Shown: positions 6,789-11,437 of the stretch, one piece after another
How positions within the stretch are numbered: the first letter of the stretch is position 1
Layout of the letters: every line of letters starts with the position of its first letter
Assembly: GCA_964514975.1 (NCBI GenBank)
Contig: CAZESS010000033.1
Location: forward strand, 1 to 11,437
Source of the DNA: an uncultured Thermoplasmatales archaeon
Lineage (GTDB): Archaea; Thermoplasmatota; E2; UBA202; DSCA01
Reading direction: 5' to 3'
DNA length: 11,437 nucleotides
Program-made: the position numbers and the translations under genes
Notes under the pieces: generated by a model
What the model saw: only the letters and a program-made list of their open reading frames with translations
What the model was told of the DNA's origin: nothing
Database searches by the model: none

Positions 6789-7358
6789 TCATTTCGTCGT
6801 TTCAGCGCGCTCCCTGAGCAGTTCCCGTGCCTCAGCCCGATAGATGTCCTCGAGGTCGCTTTCGTTGGACAGCCGCTCGCCCTCCTCGAGGAACTGCCGG
6901 ACGCCCTCGGGGCTGCCCTTCGTCAGGCCCATGAGCGCACCGGCCGAGGTATGCATGCCCAGCGCATATTCCGGTATCTCAAAACGCTCCATCTCATGGC
7001 ACCGGCGCATTACCTGCAAAAAATGACAGGTTATCCGTGACTTCTCGCTGCGGCACAGCAGCAGCACCACGTAGGCCAGCGCCATCCGCCATTCCCCGCG
7101 GTCGTTGCGGTACATGTCCCGCATGTCACTGATCGCGCTGCACGCCTGCATCACCGCCGCCGGGTCGCCCACCCCGACGTCCTCGTAGGCGATGACCGTC
7201 AGGCGGCTGGCAAGCTGCCCGAAGCCGCTCGCGCCCTCGCCGCCGAGCTCAAGCGCCCAGTACATCGCCCGTCGCTCGTTGCCCCGCCGGATGTCCTTCT
7301 GGAGCGCGCTGACAATCTCGTCGTCGTTGTAGCCATGCCGGGTCTGATAGTGTGCCAT
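6789..7358 (-). CDS. Stand-alone MgsA/RarA C-terminal-domain-like protein lacking the AAA+ ATPase module
   Basis: IVSALQKDIRRG...AMYWA, RLTVIAYEDVGVGDP, LAYVVLLLCRSEKS and EIPEYA match my recollection of the RarA/MgsA/WRNIP1 pattern (ISA..KS.RGS, RRL..IASEDVG.ADP, LA....YLA..PKS). There is no Walker A/B in the 189 aa. Confidence 0.75.
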   Translation of the reverse strand: MAHYQTRHGYNDDEIVSALQKDIRRGNERRAMYWALELGGEGASGFGQLASRLTVIAYEDVGVGDPAAVMQACSAISDMRDMYRNDRGEWRMALAYVVLLLCRSEKSRITCHFLQVMRRCHEMERFEIPEYALGMHTSAGALMGLTKGSPEGVRQFLEEGERLSNESDLEDIYRAEARELLRERAETTK

Positions 7359-7394
7359 GTCTCCATAGCGGCACGGGGCTCAAAAACCTTGCCG

Positions 7395-7604
7395 TTACTC
7401 GTCCTGTCGGCGCTCCCGGTATTCCTTCTGTATCTGGTCGGCGATGCGGCCGTCCTCGACGATAAACGCGCCGATGTAGCCGCAGTCCCGGCACTGCCAG
7501 TTCGACCAGGTCTGCGGTAGCGTCCAGTCGATGTTGCTCGAGCCACAGTTGGGACAAAACTTCTGCGGCACCCCGCTGTTTTCCTCGGTGTCCTCGGCCA
7601 TCAC
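7395..7604 (-). CDS. Small Zn-ribbon (CPxCG-type) protein
   Basis: FCPNCGS...WQCRDCGY (two CxxC pairs) followed by a charged helical tail. Start is GTG 7604 or ATG 7601. Confidence 0.8.
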   Translation of the reverse strand: MMAEDTEENSGVPQKFCPNCGSSNIDWTLPQTWSNWQCRDCGYIGAFIVEDGRIADQIQKEYRERRQDE

Positions 7605-7622
7605 GGATATAGCAGCCCCCGG

Positions 7623-8120
7623 TTAGTATAGTTTACGGGAGGCATACACCGCATCGTCGAGGCTGTCGGTTCGCCCGATGGCCACCCCGGCGAGCATGTC
7701 CGCCTTCCGGCTCCGGGCGCGCAAAACGTTGTTGAACCAGACCTCTTTTCCCAGCAGCCCGAGATGCATGACCAGCTGCTCGGCGCGGATGTACAGCGCC
7801 CGGAGATGGACCGCCTGCACCGCCCACTGCCCGGTCAGCTGCCGGACGACCAGCCGGCTGTCGCTGTTCACGTCGACGCCGTCAAAAGCGATGCCCCTGT
7901 CGTGCAATCGGACGGCCTCCTCGAGCCCCCGGATAACCGCCTTGTACTCGGCCTCATTGTTTGTTCCCACCCCGGTTTCCTCGGATATCTCGGCGATGAT
8001 CGCTCCGTCGAGCTCGATGACCACGCCGGCGCCGTTCAGCCCGCGCCGCGAGTTCGATGCGGCCCCGTCAACGGTGATGGAAAGCCGCCGGCCCACAGGT
8101 GCGCATGCTGCATCCCCCAT
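7623..8120 (-). CDS. rnhA: Ribonuclease HI family protein (archaeal/RT-like type)
   Basis: ITVDGAA, GAGVVI, GTNNEAEYKAVIRGLEEA, NSDSRLVVRQLTGQW and KADMLA supply the D-E-D-D catalytic set. ATG 8120 is preferred because a TATA-like CTTTTAT lies about 30 nt upstream, inside the longer ORF call. Confidence 0.88.
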   Translation of the reverse strand: MGDAACAPVGRRLSITVDGAASNSRRGLNGAGVVIELDGAIIAEISEETGVGTNNEAEYKAVIRGLEEAVRLHDRGIAFDGVDVNSDSRLVVRQLTGQWAVQAVHLRALYIRAEQLVMHLGLLGKEVWFNNVLRARSRKADMLAGVAIGRTDSLDDAVYASRKLY

Positions 8121-8146
8121 TGTCCACACACATAACACATGCCAGC

Positions 8147-8157
8147 ATAAAAGCATT
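8147..8157 (-). promoter_or_regulatory. Putative BRE/TATA promoter of the RNase HI gene
   Basis: Minus strand reads AATGCTTTTAT, sharing the AATGCTT prefix with the promoter at 1761. Confidence 0.5.
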
Positions 8158-8203
8158 GAGGATGGCTACGGTGACGCACTGCTCAACGACGGGAACTCAT
8201 TCG

Positions 8204-9850
8204 CTATAAAATCCGTACGCTCCGGATGACGACCTCGCGGGCTGGCCAGTCCTGCATGCCATGTTTCATGGTGGTGTCAACCGAGGCGATGGAGCGCAGT
8301 GTGTCCATGCTGCCAATGATTCTGCCAAAGGCCGCATAGTCGCCGTCGAGATGGGGCTGCGCGCCGTTGCAGATGAAAAACTGGCTGGTGGCGCTGTCCG
8401 GGTCGCTCGTCCGGGCCATCGAGATGGCGCCGTCGACATGCAAAACGTCGGGATGTGCCTCCAGCTCTATGGGGCCATAGGGGCTCTCCATCCGGGTGCC
8501 GTTGGCCGTGTAGCCGCCGCCCTGGATGACGAAGCCGTCGATGACCCGGTGGAAGACCAGGCCGTCGTAGAAGCCGTCGCGGGCGAGCCTGACGAAGTTT
8601 TCCGTCGTCGCCGGCATTTTTTCGTGTTCGAGCGCGAGCACCATCGCGCCATGGGAGGTGTCCATAACCGCCAGGGTGACCTCGTCAAGGGGGTATGGTG
8701 CTGGTGCCGGCTGCCAGTCGACGGCGGGCCAGGGCACCCGAAGCTCGGGATAGGCGGGCAGATACATGCTTCCCTGGATGATTTTGATGCCGCCGGCATG
8801 GTCTGCCCAGTAGTTGCCCTGCCAGCTGTTCAGCAGCGAGTTTTCCAGCCATACGTCCTGGTTGTTGTCGGCCAGGTTGTTGTACCGGATGGTGTTGCGG
8901 TAGGCGTAGCTGGCGACGACGCCGGAGCCGTTGTACCAGTCCGCGGGGCCGCCCGTTGCCCCCATGATGGTGTTGTATTCCACCGTGTTGTGCATCGTCG
9001 GGCCGGGCCCGAGCATGACACCCCATTCCAGGTTGTCTTCGAGATGGTTGTAGCGAACGATGTTGCCGTCAGAGTATGCCTTGAACGCCATGCCGCAGCC
9101 CGGATGGCTGTAGACGTGGTTGCCCGCGATGGTGTTGCCTGACGAATAGGGCCAGAAGGTCATGCAGCAGTAGTTGTCATGCATGCTGTTTCCCGCGATG
9201 GTGTTGCCCGAGGAGGCGTTGAACACGAAGGCGATGAAGGCGTTGTCATAGATGTGGTTGCCCACGATGACGTTGCCGGCGCTGTGATGCAGATAGACGC
9301 CGGTTTCCCGGTTGCCATATATCTCGTTGTCCACGATATGGTTGCCATCGCTCCTGTCGAGATACAGGCCGCCCTGCTCATAGCAGTAGCGCTCCCGGCC
9401 GTTGTCCCTGACAATGCAGTCATGGATGGTGTTGCCATCGGAGTGCAGCCTGATGCCGCTGTCATGGTCGTCGCTGCCGCCCCCGGTCACCGTCAGACCT
9501 GAGACGGTGACGTTGTCCGCCCGCACGGTGACCACGTCGCTGCCGCCGAGCCCGTCGATAACGGTCGATGCCGCATCCGTCCCGGTGAGCGTGACCGATG
9601 CCGCTATCTCTATGGTTTCCGTATAGCTGCCGGGATACACGTATATCGTGACGCCGTCGCCTGCATCGTCGAGCGCCGCCTGGATGGTACTGTAGTTGCC
9701 CGGCCCGGAGCCGCCGACATACAATGTGTCGTTGCCCGCCGTCGCCGTCGGTGCTGCATGCTGCATGGCCGTCTGCTGCACGCCGTGCTGGACGGGCACA
9801 AACAGGATGCCAAGAGCAAGGATGCAGACAAGTTTGGCTGCCAGTGACAT
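8204..9850 (-). CDS. Secreted right-handed beta-helix (NosD/CASH-like) protein fused to a C-terminal cyclophilin-type peptidyl-prolyl isomerase
   Basis: Start at ATG 9850 (SD GGAGG at 9861-9865; signal peptide MSLAAKLVCILALGILFVPV; 548 aa). LYVGGSGPGNYSTIQAA is followed by many N-x-I-x-x-N repeats. The last ~160 aa (about 8204-8683) contain NFVRLA..GFYDGLVFHRVIDGFVIQGG, GAISMART..PDSATSQFFI and PHLDGDYAAFG. Confidence 0.92.
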   Translation of the reverse strand: MSLAAKLVCILALGILFVPVQHGVQQTAMQHAAPTATAGNDTLYVGGSGPGNYSTIQAALDDAGDGVTIYVYPGSYTETIEIAASVTLTGTDAASTVIDGLGGSDVVTVRADNVTVSGLTVTGGGSDDHDSGIRLHSDGNTIHDCIVRDNGRERYCYEQGGLYLDRSDGNHIVDNEIYGNRETGVYLHHSAGNVIVGNHIYDNAFIAFVFNASSGNTIAGNSMHDNYCCMTFWPYSSGNTIAGNHVYSHPGCGMAFKAYSDGNIVRYNHLEDNLEWGVMLGPGPTMHNTVEYNTIMGATGGPADWYNGSGVVASYAYRNTIRYNNLADNNQDVWLENSLLNSWQGNYWADHAGGIKIIQGSMYLPAYPELRVPWPAVDWQPAPAPYPLDEVTLAVMDTSHGAMVLALEHEKMPATTENFVRLARDGFYDGLVFHRVIDGFVIQGGGYTANGTRMESPYGPIELEAHPDVLHVDGAISMARTSDPDSATSQFFICNGAQPHLDGDYAAFGRIIGSMDTLRSIASVDTTMKHGMQDWPAREVVIRSVRIL

Positions 9851-9860
9851 TGTAATGATG

Positions 9861-9897
9861 CCTCCATGGATAGAACCGGCAGCGGTTTTTAAACCTT
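9861..9897 (-). promoter_or_regulatory. BRE/TATA promoter, GTTCTATCCATG element and SD of the beta-helix/cyclophilin gene
   Basis: Minus strand reads AAGGTTTAAAAA (TTTAAA starting at 9893), then GTTCTATCCATG at 9876-9865, then GGAGG. Confidence 0.6.
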
Positions 9898-9909
9898 GTT
9901 CGTGACGGC

Positions 9910-9943
9910 AAACCATTTATGTCAAGGGCTTTTTCCATCCATG
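9910..9943 (+). promoter_or_regulatory. Putative promoter of the flavodoxin gene (divergent from the fusion gene); probably leaderless
   Basis: AAACCATTTATG with TTTAT at 9916-9920, then TTTCCATCCATG ending in the ATG at 9941. Confidence 0.5.
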
Positions 9944-10408
9944 GACGTCCTTCTCGTGTGCAGGTCGATACATCATGGCAATACCCGCCGTATCGCCGAG
10001 GTGATGGCCGACGAGCTCGACGCACCGGTGCGGCAGCCCGCCGACATCACGGTCGACGACCTCACCGGAGCGGACCTCGTTGGCTTCGGGTCGGGCATCT
10101 ATTTCTGGCGGCACCATCGCAGCCTGCTCGACCTCGCCGACAGGTTGCCGGCGATGCCGGGGAAGCGCGCCTTTCTGTTCTCCACGAGCGGCATCGGCCC
10201 CGGATGGCTGTGGCATCGCTCGCTCCGCCGGAGGCTCCGCCGCAAAGGATTCGCCGTCATCGACGAATATGCCTGCCGCGGCCATGACACCTACGGCCCC
10301 CTCAAAATTGTTGGGGGCATCCACAAAAACCGGCCCGACCGGGATGACCTTGAACGAGCGAGAGATTTCGCCGCGCGGCTTGCAGCGCCGTCGCAGCGCA
10401 AAAATTAA
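9941..10408 (+). CDS. Flavodoxin family protein
   Basis: FMN phosphate loop SIHHGNTRRIA, plus DLVGFGSGIY, AFLFSTSG and C-terminal CRG.DTYGPLK.VGG....RP...DLERARDFA. ATG 9941 (155 aa) is preferred over 9896. Confidence 0.92.
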   Translation: MDVLLVCRSIHHGNTRRIAEVMADELDAPVRQPADITVDDLTGADLVGFGSGIYFWRHHRSLLDLADRLPAMPGKRAFLFSTSGIGPGWLWHRSLRRRLRRKGFAVIDEYACRGHDTYGPLKIVGGIHKNRPDRDDLERARDFAARLAAPSQRKN

Positions 10409-10431
10409 TTAGCCCGGCGGGATGAACAGAC

Positions 10432-11313
10432 ATGGCATGTGGCGCTAGCCGAGCAATGCTTGTCCTGGCCACCGGTATGCTGCTGCTGGCAGGCTGCACC
10501 CCGGCGCTGTCCGCACGGCACCGCTCGCCCCTGCCTGCTGCTGGCGATGGCTCCGTCGTCCACCGGGCGGTTGTCATAGCTGCTGGCGAGCCACGCCGCG
10601 ACACCCGGACCGTTGACGCCGTCTGCGACGCCCTCGTCGGGCATGGCTGGCAGCGGGACAACATGTTGCTGCTGCTCGGAGACGACGCCACACGGGATGC
10701 GATTCTGGAGGAGCCGTTCACCTGGCTGCACAACCAGGGAGAGGACGCCGACGATGTCACCCTGTTCTTTTTCTCGCTGCACGGCGACCAGACCCCGGAC
10801 GTGGTGCCGCTCGACGAGCCGGACAGCCTGGACGAATATGTATGCCCGGCCGACTTCGAGCCCGGCAACGCTGCCACATATCTGCTGGACGACGCCCTCG
10901 CGGATCGCTTCACATCCATCCGGTCGGACAGTCTCGTCGCCATTTTTGAGACCTGTCACAGCGGCGGCATGCTCGACGGCTCCAGCGACCTGTGCGCGTC
11001 GGGGCGCGTCGTCCTGGCGTCCTGCGCCGCCGACGAGACCTCTTTCCCTGTCTATCTCAACGGCCGCTGGCTGTTCCCGCACTACCTGGCTCAGGGGCTC
11101 CGGGGGCCCGCCGACACCGGCGGCGACGGCCAGATATCCGCGGAGGAAGCATTCCGGTATGCCGAGCAGCCCACCATTATCCGCTCCGCCGTCACCGGAA
11201 TTTTTTTGTTTCTGCTGACGCCCACGCCCCTGCTCGTCCAGCATCCCCGGATGTATGACGGCTGGCCCAGCGCGGCGAACAACACCGCGATGCTGGACAT
11301 CGTGCCAGTATGA
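10432..11313 (+). CDS. Caspase-family (peptidase C14, clan CD) protein with putative lipoprotein signal
   Basis: LLLGDDATRDAI, DDVTLFFFSLHG (His, CAC 10780), DEYVCPAD, IFETCHSGG (Cys, TGT 10954), RVVLASC..DE.S, ADTGGDGQISAEEAF.YA and QHP. The N-terminal hydrophobic stretch ends in LAGC. Confidence 0.88.
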   Translation: MACGASRAMLVLATGMLLLAGCTPALSARHRSPLPAAGDGSVVHRAVVIAAGEPRRDTRTVDAVCDALVGHGWQRDNMLLLLGDDATRDAILEEPFTWLHNQGEDADDVTLFFFSLHGDQTPDVVPLDEPDSLDEYVCPADFEPGNAATYLLDDALADRFTSIRSDSLVAIFETCHSGGMLDGSSDLCASGRVVLASCAADETSFPVYLNGRWLFPHYLAQGLRGPADTGGDGQISAEEAFRYAEQPTIIRSAVTGIFLFLLTPTPLLVQHPRMYDGWPSAANNTAMLDIVPV

Positions 11314-11437
11314 TGCTGTAGGAACATATCGGGATGTCAAAGCGTTAACTAGGGTTTCACCTGTCCGGGTTTTCATATATATCCCAACTTTGACAGTAGG
11401 GTAAAAATAGTGTTCTTAGTTCAGTTTGTGATTGTGA

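Noticed and set aside
7623-8120. RNase H fold as evidence of a transposase, retroelement or retron
   Set aside because: The motifs match cellular RNase HI. There is no reverse transcriptase, terminal repeat or target-site duplication nearby.
8261-9142. 293-aa plus-strand ORF
   Set aside because: Antisense to the beta-helix/cyclophilin gene; such antisense ORFs carry no motifs here.
8870-9440. Recurring GATGGTGTTGC-like sequences as a possible CRISPR or DNA repeat array
   Set aside because: They are short, degenerate and in frame, and they encode the G/N-T-I repeats of the beta-helix.
9851-9940. DtxR box upstream of flavodoxin (expected if it is iron-regulated)
   Set aside because: No TTAGG-N4-CCTAA-like palindrome is visible in this intergenic region.
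10405-11376. 323-aa minus-strand ORF
   Set aside because: Antisense to the C14 peptidase, which has clear catalytic motifs.

Overview
GC-rich, gene-dense prokaryotic window. It is very probably archaeal, most likely Thermoplasmatota (inferred from the PAC2 chaperone, BRE/TATA-type promoters, a C25 peptidase ending LLGDPSLKIGGYP and a NosD-type beta-helix protein starting LYVGGSGPGNYSTIQ). I call 12 CDSs: a secreted alpha/beta-hydrolase, a small 2-TM protein, a feoA-feoB-DtxR-family operon with a perfect 16-bp operator, a gingipain-like C25 peptidase, a PAC2 chaperone with an HbYX tail, a stand-alone MgsA/RarA C-terminal-domain protein, a Zn-ribbon microprotein, RNase HI, a secreted beta-helix/cyclophilin fusion, a flavodoxin and a lipoprotein-like caspase-family (C14) peptidase. 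The most notable points are the beta-helix-cyclophilin fusion, the ATPase-less MgsA module next to RNase HI and the Zn ribbon, and a recurring TATA-to-ATCC(A/G)TG promoter architecture whose ATG is the start codon for some genes and out of frame for others. I saw no rRNA, tRNA, CRISPR array or mobile element. All calls come from reading motifs by eye; no searches were run.
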